Shown here: piece after piece, positions 35,168 to 49,017 of the stretch
Layout of the letters: each line of letters begins with the position of its first letter
Position numbering within the stretch: the stretch's first letter is position 1
Assembly (NCBI GenBank): GCA_043228905.1
Contig: JBHGNT010000001.1
Coordinates: 17,298,001 to 17,362,000 of the forward strand
Direction: 5' to 3'
DNA from: Azolla caroliniana
Lineage: Eukaryota > Plantae > Polypodiophyta
DNA: 64,000 nt
Program-made: the position numbers and the translations under genes
Notes under the pieces: generated by a model
What the model saw: the letters and a program-made list of their open reading frames with translations, nothing else
The model's database searches: none
Told to the model about the DNA's origin: nothing

Positions 35168-37330
35168 ACCTTGTACACCCACCTACATCGAATCGGCTTC
35201 ACACCTTTCGGTGTGTCAACCAGATCCTAGGTTTCATTTTCCGCCAATGCGTGCATCTCTTCCTCCATTGCGGCACACCAATTCACGTCCTTCGGCGCTT
35301 CTGCGTAGCTCTCTGTCTCACTAACTTCCACTACACGGGTCATGTACCCATAGTGATGCGCCATGTACTCGTTGTATCGAAACTGCACAACAGGGTTCTT
35401 CTGGCGGGTAGATCGACGTAACTGCTCATTAGCCGATGTGGAGGCTTTCTTGGCTGATGCGAACTTCGCTCTCGAAGACCCGTCATCACTTCCCTTGGAG
35501 TCGCACTCGAGTCGATCTGACTCGTTCCTATCCGTGCCATAATCTGATACCTTCTTCTTCCCTTTTTCCTTGCGCGTAAGCCGTCTCGTTGGCTTCCTGC
35601 GCAGGGAATGCACGACCGAGTCTCCATTACTCGCCGACTCTTCTTCGGACTGGTCAAACCGACCCAGTCGCTCGTTCAGTCCACTTAGTTGACATGAAAT
35701 CGAACTCTCATCGATGGTCTTGATTTCGCGGTCATCCGGAGGCATTTCAGCCTCGCTGACCTCATCATCAGAACTCAGGTCTGGAGATCCGGAGTTGGAG
35801 TTGAGGTCCGGAGTCGTAGGCAAGTAGCAGGACGCGGACTCGTCAAACCCAACATCGCGGCTCACGCAAGCTTGTTTGGTTCGGGGGTTATAACACTTAT
35901 AACCCTTCTGTTCATCTGAATAGCCGACCAAGATACACTTCTCGGCTTTCGCGTCCAACTTCCTCCGTTTCTCCTTCGGCACATGGACATACACAATGCT
36001 ACCGAAAACTCTTAAGTGTCGTAGATTCAGCTTCCTTCCGAAATACAACTCATGCGCCGACACTTTGTCTCCAATCCGATTTTGGATGTACACCGCGGTT
36101 CATACCGCCTCGGCCGAATAGAACTTCGGCAAGCTCTTTTCTTTTAGCATTTCCCGCACCGCTTCCACAATCGACTGATTTCTCCTTTCGGCTACGCCGT
36201 TTTGCTCCGGCGTATACCTGCCACTGTATTTGCGCCAAATTCCCATTTGTTGCAGATGGGTCAAAGCATGCTATGGTGTACCAAAAAAGTATTGTTTTTG
36301 GCCAAGAAAAACACGAGTACTGTTAGTACTGTTAGTACTAAGTAATTATAAAAAATATTTTACATCGAAAAATTTTATAATCTATGGAGTGGGGTGGGGG
36401 TAGTACACATTGCATTTAATGGGGGGAAACAGTTGTGAGGTATTCAGGAGTCAGGACTGATTTGGGGGCTATTTCCCCCTCACTTTTAATTTAGCACACC
36501 ACATTAATTGAATGTGGCGCTTCTCACCATTTTGGCGCATCCCCTTCCTCCTTCCAATCGAGCCCATCTCTGTTTGTCGTTCTCTGCATCTCAGGTATTC
36601 ACAGCACGTGAATGTCCCCAAGATTTGGGGTCTTGCCATTCCTTATCTACGAATCAAACCTACGTGGAAATGATCAAGCGTTCTTTGTGTCACACATTTG
36701 AGCCATCTTCGCCTTTTGTTGTTATGTCTTCTCCTTCCCTCGGTATGTCTTCAGAACTGTTTTTTAAGCATTGGTTATTTTAGAACTGTTTTTTAAGGTT
36801 TAATATTTATTGATTATCCATTGAAATGGAAACTTGAAGATTTATTTACGCTGAAAAGATAATGTCTTCATCATCATCATGATTATTATTGTCAAGTTCT
36901 AGATCTTAATAGAATGATAATCTTCCCTCGGTATGTCGTCTCCTTCACTCGGTATTTCTTTAGAACTGTTTTTTAAGCATTAGTTATTTCAGAATTGTTT
37001 TTTAAGGGTTTAATATTTACTGATTATCCTTTGAAATGGAAACATTAAGATTTATTTATGCTGAAAATATTATGTCTTCATCATCATCATGATTATTATT
37101 GTCAATTTCTTGATCTTAATAGAATGATAACACTTGAAACTGATGTTAGGCACTTGTGGATAACACCTGAAACTTGACTTTTATATTAGCCTGTTGGTAT
37201 GGTTGTCTTTCTTAGTATTCTATTGTTTTGTTAAAGGAATATGTGTGTGTGGTATTATCATACATGTTGATGTGGTTAATTAGGTACTGAAATAACAAGA
37301 AATTAGGTGCTGGAATACATGAGAGTGGCA

Positions 37331-40300
37331 ATGGTAGATGTCAAGGAGAGTGAGTTGTCATGTAGCAATTCTATGTCTGAGAGGAGCAAGAGACGGGTGG
37401 TTCTTCACATAGTTCGTTAGAAGTAATTGAGAGATTTACCAAGGAAGAGCGTAGGGATATTATCTCTAGAGTGTTACACCATCAACTTTTGAATGAGTGC
37501 ATGGAAAATATTAAGATTAGGGACCAATGTGTTTCAGAGGAGATTGTAGAGTCTATGAAGTCATCGCTACACTTAGTGAAAGGGGTAGAGAGCATAGATA
37601 ATCTTGGTGCAAAAAGAGCAGCCCTTCACATGGTTGTAAATAGTACAACAAAAAAAAAACATAGTGATACTAAAGTTGCCTTAGCCCTTGGTATTCAAAG
37701 AAGAAACTTGAGGAAGCATCGGACAAATATACAGTCAAATCAATTTAAGTGGTTGGGGTTAGGCCGTAGACGATGATGTGATGCCTTGTCTCAAGAGATT
37801 GTTGAGAAAGTGGATTCCTTTTGGACAAAAAACACTCGTATCTCACCGAATAAAAAAGAAGTATGTAGACAACGTATAAATCGGGGTAGGTACCATATTC
37901 ACCCAAGACACTTCTTGGAGATGACTGAGGTAATTCTTTTGTTTTTATCTATTTGTTTTTAAATATTTTTTTGTACTAAAGGATTCTATTAACATTTGTT
38001 ATTTATTGAGTGATGTAGGCGGAATTGTTCATGAACTTCAAAGACCAACTCCTAACATCAATCTTGGATTTCACAAGTTCCAAGGTTTGAAACCGTTTTT
38101 TGTTAGAAAGTTAAAAGAGAGGAACACATGTTGTTGTGTGTGCCACATTAAAATGGACATGTTAAGGCTTGGTGAGGAAATAATCCATATGTTTGGTACT
38201 TATAAATGGAAGTCTATTTTGGTAATACTCCATAGTACTTAGAAATGTTTGTATAAAATACTGAATGGCATGCACCTAGATTCACTAGTACCGATTATGG
38301 TAATAACAATGTTAAGTAAACTTAACTTCCAGGTTAGTACTGTCATCCTACGTGTACAAGTACTAATTAAGGTTGAGGCCTTGTAATGTATCCGTAATTT
38401 ACAACATAGTATTGTCCCCAAAGGTGCACATGTACAAGTACTAAATTATAACTTAGGATTGTTCCCTCTCAGTAATGTTTGTACTAATGAGTAACTTAGC
38501 TATAATCAACTTTGTTCGGTAGTACTAATTTATAACTTAGGATTGTTCTCTCTCATTAATACTAATTATTAACTTAGTACTATCCAACCATGTTCATTAG
38601 TACTATCCATTAACTTAGTACTGTCCAACTTTGTTCATTAAGACCAACTTATAATTTAGGACTGTCCACTATCATGCATTAGTACTAATTAATCACTTAG
38701 AACTGTCCAACTTTGTTCATTAAGACCAACTTATAACTTAGGACTGTCCGCTATCATGCACTAGTACTAAATTATAACTTAGGATTGCCCCCTCTTAGTA
38801 ATGTTTGTACCAATTCATATCTTAGCTATATTCAACTTTGTTCGTTAGTACTAATTTTTTCATTAGTACTATCCATTAACTTAGTACTGTCCTACTTTGT
38901 TCATTAAGACTAACTTAGTACTATGGATTGTCCGTTGTCATGCATTAGTACTAATTACAAACTTAGAACTATCCTACTTTGTTCATTAAGACCAACTTAG
39001 TACTATGGATTGTCCGTTGTCATGCATTAGTACTAATTACAAACTTAGAACTATCCAACTTTGTTCATTAAGACCAACTTATAACTTAGGACTATTCTTT
39101 GTCATGCATTAGTACTAATTAATAACTTAGTACTATCCAACTCTGTATATTACGACCAACTTATAACTTATGGTTGTTCTCTCTCATGCATTAGTACTGA
39201 TTAGTAACTTACCACTCCCCTCTCTCGTTTGTTAGTACTAATTTCCAACTTAGTACTATCCTTTCTCGTGCATCAGTACTAATTAATAACTTACCACTTC
39301 CCTCTCTCATTTGTTAGTTTTAATTTCCAACGTAGTATTATCCTCTCTCGTGCATTAGTACTAATCAATAACTTAGTGCTATCCTCTCTTATTCATTTGT
39401 ATTGATTCAAATATTAGTATTGTTCACTCATGTATAAGTAATAATTATGGTTTAAGTCATGCAATTAATTATGTTTGTTTGCTAACTGTCCTGCAAAACA
39501 TTCTCATTGACAAACATTAGGATGCAATGGAACTACTTCGGATCTGGACATGGAAAGGGAGAGCACGATGGCACAGGGCCTGTGATCAAGCGTGCTCTTA
39601 CATCGGAGCAGTTGGATAACAAAGGTTCTAAGCTACAAAATGGACATGATGTTGTGGAGTGGCTCATATGGAAGATGTCAAATGATGGTAAGAATAGATT
39701 GTTTATTGAGGTTCGTGCTAATGAGGTGGATAGGAGTAAATCATATGGTTGTAAAACCGTGAAAGGGACGCGCAAGACTCATTGTGTTTTAGGGTTTAGT
39801 CACAAGGACACAACACAGTTGTTATTCTGCAGTTTATCTTGCTTTTGTTCCATGTGTTTAGATGAAGCTTGGGATGAATGCACCAATCTATCAATTGTGG
39901 AGCCATGGAAGCTATAGAAGCTAGAGATAGAAGATAGCGTGAATATCCAAGAAAACGAACATTCAGACAATATTGTCTACTACAACTAGTGTGAGGACTT
40001 GGCAACATTATTGGAAATTGGAGATCATTTTGCAGTGCTCAAATCTCCTTAGAATGAAGATTTTGAAGACTACTATGTTGTGGTGTGCAAGCAAGGAAAT
40101 ACAATATTGCAAGAAGTCGTGAGGGATGGTTGGGGCAACACGTTCAATGTTGGTGAGTCTGTTGTGTATGGCACCTACTATGCAAAGTTGCCACAATGCA
40201 AGAACACATATGCATTGTTAAAAGATGCACCCACCGCAATTATCTATGTTGATGCCATTATCGCAATCAAGTTCAAAATGACTCAAGCAAAGCACAAGGT

Positions 40301-40382
40301 TAAGGGATACAACACAGTCTACAAAGTCCCCAAAGGGGTACACAAACACATATTGGGGGAGGGCTCCCTCTTTAATGCCTAG
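37331..40382 (+). pseudogene. Spliced DDE transposase (Sola2-like), degenerate, central catalytic exons not found
   Basis: Exons at about 37331-37929, 38019-38171 and 39521-40382 with GT/AG borders. LKPFFVRKLKERNTCCCVCH, WNYFGSGHGKGEHDGTGPVIKR, TVKGTRKTH. Confidence 0.75.
38230..39420. repeat. AT-rich degenerate tandem repeats built on TTAGTACTAA palindromes (transposase intron)
   Basis: Repeated AACTTAGTACTATCCAACTTTGTTCATTAAGACC-like units. Confidence 0.85.
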
Positions 40383-41242
40383 AATGGCAAGTGTTGTGTC
40401 TAATGTAACTTTTGCATGTATTCAAACTCGGACTTACACGTGAAAGGAAATATATCAAAACTGGTTTTCTAACAATATTCCTCTTTGGTTTAGATATGTA
40501 TGTTTCTTTTACATGAAGTGTCTAGTGCTTGGAGCCTACGTTAGTATCAAAGTTAGGAGTTCATATGTATAAAAGTTAGGAGTTCATATGTATCAAAGTT
40601 AAGAGTTCATATGTGTGCCTTTAACTCTTTAGTAGTTCATATGTATCATATGTGTGCCTATAACTCTTTAGGAGTTCATATGTATCAAAGTTAGTAGAAT
40701 GCATATCAAGTTAGTACTAAATGTGTGTTAAGAGTTTGCTAACGTAGACATATGTATCAAAGTAGTGTCACTCATCACTCATCACACATCACTCATCTTC
40801 TCACTGTCACATGTTTGCATAACAAGTAAACCAGAACAATGTCACGATGAGGGTAAACAATAACTTAACATTCCTATCAATTACAGACAACAACCTAGAT
40901 ACAATAAACTTATCGTTAGTACTAAAGTTGTGTTAAGAGTTTGCATCCGTAGACATATGTATCAAAGTAGTGACACTCATCCCTCATCCCTCATCTTCTC
41001 ACTGTCACATGTTTGCATAACAAGTAAACCAAAACAATGTCACGATGAGGGTAAACAATAACTTAACATTCCTATCAATTACAAACAACAACCTAGATAC
41101 AATAAAATTATCATTAGTACTAAAGCTGTGTCACCATGACATGTGTGCATAACAAGTAAATTAAAACTGTGTCATGATGATGGTAATCAATGACTTAGCA
41201 TTCCTATAAATTAAAATGATCAATATACAATAAACTTTGGTT

Positions 41243-42178
41243 TTAGTTTTTTCTAGATCTTGTAATGCGCCTATTTTTGGTTTCATTCTCCTCAGATTTA
41301 ACACCCTTCTTCATCTTAAAACCACGAGGTAGTAAACTACTTAGTGGCAACTCATCATCGGAGGCTGAAGCCAAGCTGGAGGGAACAGTGTGCTCTATTG
41401 CAACTGCCTGAGATGCACACACTTCCAAGAAGATGCGGTCGATAGTCTTACCAAAAATCTCTTGGAGGTCATTGGATGTGTCATTCTTCAACTTTTTTGG
41501 CTCCACTACCACATTATTAGGAGTACTAACATGTTCCTCATCTTGGGTAGTTTCCACTACCACATTATTAGGAGTACAAACATGTTCCTCTCCTTGGGTA
41601 GTTTCCACTACCACATTATTAGGAGTACAAACATGTTCCTCTCCTTGGGTAGACACCACTACCACATTATTAGAGTGCTCCAAGTGCAAGCTACTTGAAG
41701 TATTTTGGACAGACACCTCATTTGTAGTACCACACTCTCCTTGGGTAGCTGCAGGGGTCTCCTTAATGTTACATCCTTGCCCTAGATTAAGGCTACTTGT
41801 GGTGTTTTGGACACACACCTCATTCTCTCCTTGGGTCATTTTCACATTCTCTGTAGACTCTATTACTGTTGAGAGATCAAGCTCAACTTAGTTTAGTTAG
41901 TTAGTCAACACATGTAACTTAGTAGTTACATAGATAGAATCTAGTTAGTGTGTTGACCATAAAGCCTTAAATAGGATTTTGTACTCAAGTGGGATACATT
42001 GTAGATCCACCACTCCATGCTCATTTAATATAGGACTTACACGTTGTACCTATATTCTCCTACCACATGTGCACCCTTGCACATGAAACCTATATATACC
42101 TCATTGAAGGTATTTTTGTATTTGATGATGTTGAAGCTAATTTAATATACTTACTCATCCCCCATCTTGTGTTGTTCA

Positions 42179-42246
<68 letters not shown>

Positions 42247-45200
42247 CACATAATCTTCCGCTTAACTTAATCACATAATTAGGTAATAATTATTCCTTAA
42301 TTAATTACCTAATCCTTAACATGGTATCAGAGCGTGTGGTTTAGCAAATCCACTAAGTCCACCCGACACTTCGTGATTGTGTGTTCAAAACGCCGACGAC
42401 AAATTCCGGCCATCCACTACCGTAGTGCCGCTACGTAGCACAAGTACGTGATCGAAGAAAGAAGAGACAACAAGGAAGACACAAAACAACATGAACATAC
42501 AAATGGGTAGCTCGCTCCCTAGCGAAAAGCTAGACCGGAGCAATTATTCATCTTGGGAGTACAAGATGACCCTATACCTCGTCGGCCAAAGGTATTGGAG
42601 CTACATCAACGGCGCACTCGAGAACAAGCCCGACAACACAAACACCAACTACCCAACGTGGGAGCAAGGAGTGAGTTGGGTAATGTATCGCTTGGCAACA
42701 TGTGTCCACGACCACATGCTTAGCCACATTCGAGATGCCAAGATGCCTAAAGAGGCGTGGGAGAACTTAAAGAAAATGTTCGCCACCAACATGACCGCTC
42801 GCAAACTTCAACCCCGGCAAGAGTTGAATAACATTCGGCGAAAAGAGATGTCCGTGTCGAACTACACCGCCAAAATCAAGAGCATTTGTGACTCGCTTGG
42901 CTCCATCAACATAAACGTCGACGAAGACGAGATGGTTCAAGTATGCTTGGACGGCCTCACACAATGATTTGATCCACTACGGACGGCAATCTTTGCGAGA
43001 GATAACCCTCCTTCGTTCTTCGACCTCCAATCGATGTTATTGGTTGAAGAAAACCACGTCCGAACCAAAAGCAAGGCACCAGAAGGACAAATGTTCTTCT
43101 CGAATTTGGATAGTGGTCGTGGAAGAGGTCGTGGTGGTAGAAGAGGAAGCCATCGAGGAACCTTCGAAAGAAGGGGGAGCTTCCAAGCCGAACAAGGTCG
43201 GCAAACAATGCCTGCAACTTGCAATTATTGCGGCAAAATCGGCCACTATGAGGCGGAATGTCGGAAGAAAAGAAGCGAGTTGGTGTCAACAAGCCGACAA
43301 CTCTGAAACTACGCCAACAACTCCGAATACGAGGATTACGGCAGACTATTCGTAATGCGGCATAGAGCGAACTCTATGACAGCCTCCAACTCCGCAAGCA
43401 TCTCCAATCCGGAAGACATGTGGTTCGTAGATTCGGGCACCTCACATCACATGACATCCCACGAAGAGTGGTTTCACGATTTACGAACGCCGGATCGACC
43501 CGACTTTATAGAGACGGGAGATGACACCACGCATCCCATTCTACACATCAGCAATGTCCCATTCAGGAAAGAAGGTGAGCAAACTTGCATCAAGAATGTC
43601 TTGCACGTGCCCACAATAACAAAGAATTTGGTTTCAGTTGGTCAAATCGTGGAGCAAGGCATGCAAGTTCGCTTCACCAAAGAAGGATGCTTCATCGAGA
43701 AAGATGGTCGAGTCATAGCTAAGCGGCGGAGAGAAGGCCGAATGTTCATCCTCGATTCGAACGAGGTGAAATCCGCAATGTACGCTAAAGGTCTCAAAAA
43801 CGAGACGAACATCGAGTTGTGGCACAAAAGAATCGACCACATCAACCTCCAACAGCTCCGACGTATGCAAACAAAGGGAGTCGTCATCGGAACGAGTTGA
43901 CCGAGTATGTGAAGTGTGTCAACTTGGCAAACAACATCGACTCCCATTCTTGAAGGAGAGCTCCACAAGCAAAGGCCTCCTAGATGTCATACACTCAGAT
44001 GTATGGGGACAGGCTCAAACACCAACGATCGGCGGATGTCGCTACTACGTAACCTTCATAGATGACTACTCGCGTTACGCATGGATCTACCCGATGAAGC
44101 ATAAGAGCGAAGTGTTCTCCCAATTCCAAAAGCTCAAGGGTCAATTCGAAAAAGAAACCGGTCGGCACATTCATTGCCTACGATTTGATGGAGGAAAGGA
44201 GTACTTCTCCGATGAATTCACCTCCTACCTCCAATGTGAAGGCATTCGGAGAGAATTCTCATGCTGACAAGCACCCCAACAAAATGGAGTCGCGGAAAGG
44301 AAAAATCGGTAAATACTCGAGGTAGCACGCACCATGATGCATGAGAAGCACATGCCGAAATTCTATTGGGCCGAAGCGGCATCCACGGCCGTCTATCTCA
44401 TGAATTGATTCACCACCAATGGAGTCCATGAGCTAACTCCATACGAGCTCCTCATTGGAAGGAAGCCGATCCTGTCGCACCTCAAGGTGTTCGGTAGCAT
44501 TGCGAATGTACACATCCCGATCGAAAGCCGACAGAAGCCCGACGTGAAGTCGGAGGAATGTATCCTCATAGGATACTCGTTCGAGAAGAAAGCATACAAG
44601 TGCTACAATCCTTCTACCCGAGCGGTTCGGGTAAGTTGAGACGTAGTCTTCGACGAGTCCGCATCTTGGTACGCACCGGAGACAACTTCGACTCCAACTC
44701 CGCTCGACCTGGAATCAACCGAACAAGAGGTAGAAGATGGAGATCACTTCGAACACATGTTCGAAGAAAGTCCGATTACGACCGAGCTTAGTGGGTCACA
44801 AGAGCCCCCATGTGACCCAAGCACGCCGCGGCCAAGTACGAACATGGACAAAGGCAAAGGTAAGATGCCCGAATACGAAGTCGATCACCCCGACGACAAT
44901 GATTCGGATGGATTGGCTCCCTCACTAGATAGTGAGTTCGGTGTACCCATCATGCGTACACCCAGAGTAAAGAAGGCGCTCACATCGGCGAGCGAAAAAC
45001 TTCGACGCTCTTCTAGAGAGAAGAATCCCATCGTTTGGCTCGGCTACAACGAGTATATGGCCCATCATTACGCCTTCACGATGAAGGTAGCGGCTGAACA
45101 AGAGCCCAAGAGCTCCATCGAAGCAGCTCGTAACCCACCATGGGTGGATGTAGTCAACCTTCACCCACACGCTACAAGCCTTCGTCACTGGCTTGAGGGG

Positions 45201-45645
45201 GAGGACTCAAGATTGCCATGGCGACCAAAGCCAAAGCCCGGACGGAAGCCGCACAAAAGCCGACATCGAAAGTCGGACAATACTGAAAACAACACCAGAT
45301 GTCGGACGCCTCACACTTGAGCTTGAGGGGGCGTGTTGAGAGATCAAGCTCAACTTCGTTTAGTTAGTTAGACAACACATGTAACTTAGTAGTTACCTTG
45401 ATAGAATCTAGTTAGTGTGTTGACCATAAAACCTTAAATAGGATTTTGTACTCGAGTGGGATACATTGTAGATCCACCACTCCATGCTCATTTAATATAG
45501 GACTTACACGTTGTACCTATATTCTCCTAGCACATGTGCACCCTTGCACATGAAACCTATATATACCTCATTGAAGGTATTTTTGTATTTGATGATGTTG
45601 AAGCTAATTTAATATACTTACTCATCCCCCATCTTGTGTTGTTCA

Positions 45646-45701
<56 letters not shown>

Positions 45702-48700
45702 TCTCACACACATACACACACATATCACATAATCTTCCGCTTAACTTAATCACATAATTAGGTAATAATTATTCCTTAATTAATTACATAATCCTTAACA
45801 ATTGCAAAGTTGCTTGTCACCTCAAGCTTTTCACACTCCAGCTCCTCTTTTTGACTGATCTCACATTCCTCATGTGTGTTAGCATCTGAGCTAGAATAAT
45901 CAAGATTGCGCCATAAACTGTCTGAATCATCTGATGGTATTTGTGAATCTACATGCTCTTCTACCCCTAAATAACAGTAAAGTCATCCAAGAACAATATC
46001 AATTGACATTTTGAAATATTGAAGGCACCTAGGATAATGATTAAGGTTAAGGGACAAATGTTTACCTACTGTTACATCATCATTGTTGCTTGGGATGATC
46101 CCAGTTTCAACTTGGGGGTCTTCATCATGCCCTATGTATTAATACACATGTACATTATTGTCACGTGAAGCAATATTGTCACGCGAAGTAATATGCTATG
46201 AACATGTACCTGGCAGTGAGATAAATTCTTCTTCATATTGTGGCTCTGAATCTGTAAGTCCATTTTCATTACTCTTTTCTTCCTTGTCTAAAAACAAAAG
46301 TATGCAGTATTAGTCTAACTCATCAAGATGACAATAGCCACAAGTTTGTGAGAATTTGTATTACCCACCACAACAATCAACTTTGCATTTTTCCCCCTTT
46401 GTGTACAATTTCCATGCAGCATTACGCTTCTTTGTAGGCTCTTTCATAGAAACATAATAAATTAGTAGTATACGAACATTTCAAAATTTAGAAAGGCAAA
46501 CACAATTAGCATTACCATTCATAGAGTTAGGGTGTGCCGAGCTAGGAGATTTTGTTTCAAGAATCACATCTTCAATTGTTCCAATGGCCTTTCTCATACA
46601 TTCATCTTCATCATAAACTTCATCAGGTACCACTAAGGAACGACCGTGGACTTTGGAATTTGCAGCAGACATTGTACGTAGTAACACGGGGCCTGGTTTG
46701 TCAATTACCTTCCCTAGTGTGGTGTTGCTAGAAACTACAACATTCATATTATAAGCATACATATTATAAGAGTACATATTATAACATGAGTCCAAAATAA
46801 CAAATATAGTACTGATCCACCTGGACATGCATATTTCATCTAGATCCGAACAATGCTAGTACTAAAAAGCCAACACATTCATGTCTATTTGTTCGGTCAT
46901 GCAAAGCCTAATTACAATGGACACAAAAAGTACAATGCAATAAGCAATGTTAGTACTAATACAAGTTATACAACTAAAAATTTAGGACCCTCCGTACCAA
47001 ATAATCAATACTGAATCAATTGATCATAAAGGAATACAATGTATTAAGTAATGTTAGTACTTAATCAACATCTTAGGAACTTAAAGGATTAGTACTAAGC
47101 CACCTAGACACACATATTTCATCTGGTAATGAACAATGTCAGTACTAAAAAGCAAAGACCTTCATGCCTATTTGTTCGGTTATGCAAAGCCTAAGTCAAG
47201 TGGACTCAAAAATTATTGTTAGTACTTAATCAACATCTTAGGATCTTAAAGGAATAGTATTGAACCACCTGGACATGCATATTTCTGATGGTAATTAGCA
47301 ATGTTAGTACTAAACAACCAAGACTGACATGCCTATTTGTTCGGTTATGGAAATCCTAGGTAAAGTGGACACAAAAAGTACAATGCAATTAACCAATGTT
47401 AGTACTAATACGAGTTATACAACTAAACATTTAAGACTCTCTGTACTAAATAATCAATACTGAATCAAATGATCACAAATTAATACAATGGAATAAGTAC
47501 TGTTAGTACTTAATCATGCAAAGCAACAATGCAATAAACAATGTTAATACTAATACAAGTTATACAACTAAACATTTAAGACATTTAGTACTAAATAATC
47601 TGAACTAATTCGACTAATCATCCTGGATCCAACTGTAAGAGTAGAACCAAAAGTAAAATTATAAAATCATAGTATAAAAATTACATAATGCTTAATCACG
47701 TACCATAGGAGTGTACTTTTAAACCCCAAGCTAGGTACCATTCGGCTCCAACTGTACTTTTACAGTCCAAACATATTTTCTTTCTCGAAATGGTACTTAG
47801 CACATAACAAATGATCTGTGTGCGAGCATGGTGTAATGATAGCATCCATAGACTCAAGCTGGAATCCAAGGCCATAGAATAAACACCTTCAGTAATGAGA
47901 CATAACATACACTATATTAGTACCAATGATATTTTATACCATAGAAGGTCAAAAAGGAGAAATATAAACCATTACCGTGATATAGTAATGCTTCTATTTG
48001 TACTTTCCATGCAAGCGGGGTGCTCAACTACGTCTGGACATAGAGTATCTAAACCTTTTTCTTTTAGACCCTTCATCAAACATGTTAGATTCTCTGAATG
48101 CAGCTTTAAGGCTGATAATTGCTCATCAATTTCATTACGAGAAGACCGCCATGTCTCTAGAACTTTCTTCTGTGCTTCCAGATGAGTGCCCATACTTGTG
48201 ATCTCCTTCTTCAATTCCTCTTTTAACAGTTCACTTTCAGAATTTTGGATTGTTGATGCAATCCATTCATATGTAATCAACCTAGATGTCAATTGTTTCT
48301 TTGCTGCCATCTCACCAGATGAAACTTCTTCCAAATCGGCCAGCAGTGCTTGCATTTTTGTTTGCATGGAAGCTATACAGCGCAACAATCGCTCTTCATG
48401 TTTTTCTGTCAAGGTGGCTTTCTATTTTGCAATTTGTTGAGTCAACACAGATGTCCGAGTTGGGATTTCAATATGAGAGGTACCCTCAGACTTCATGGTA
48501 GTGTTGGTACTTGAGGACCCTCTATAATGTGATGATCGATGATGAGCAAAATCTTCCCAATCAACTTCAATGCCACCATGGAGTTCACATGCAAATGCAT
48601 GTGCAAAGATAGATCCTACCTCATTGTTTACGATATGTTTCGTATCATAAACTTGTTCATATCGTGACTTTAGTTCAGTGATATAATCCTTCTTCAATTG

Positions 48701-49017
48701 AGTGAGGTGGAAACCTCTCCGTGACTCGGGTTGTGATGAGCCCCAAGTTTGCTTCATCCACATGTCTACGTCTTCATAAGTGTCAGGTCGTGCACGAAGG
48801 AAATAACCTCATCCCAATTTTGAACCTCGAAGGATGTTTGTGTGAACAATTTTGCCTTGAGTTGCTGAAAACCTTGACCTCCCTTTGGCAGGGGTCATCT
48901 TACTTTATTTGATGGGGGTCCTTTTTCTTTCCTTGCATGGTGTGATGAAATTTTTGGTGACCATTTTCTTCTTTGTGGGTGTCTTCCTTGTATGTGAATC
49001 CTGTCTCTCTTCTTTGC
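41243..49017 (-). pseudogene. Multi-exon accessory gene of the DNA transposon, function unknown, disrupted
   Basis: Putative exons at about 49017-47976, 46727-46515, 46440-46364, 46287-46210, 46131-46066, and 45967-45801 plus 41866-41243, with GT-AG borders. Encodes a VDW-containing domain, a coiled coil, 17-aa repeats and a basic C-terminus. Confidence 0.6.
41867..45800 (+). mobile_element. Ty1/Copia deletion derivative lacking RT and RNase H
   Basis: LTRs 41867-42321 and 45334-45800, TSD ATTAC/ATTGC, PBS TGGTATCAGAGC 42322-42333, gag, protease (WFVDSG), integrase (HSDVWG). Sequence jumps to the PPT region near 45150. Confidence 0.93.
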
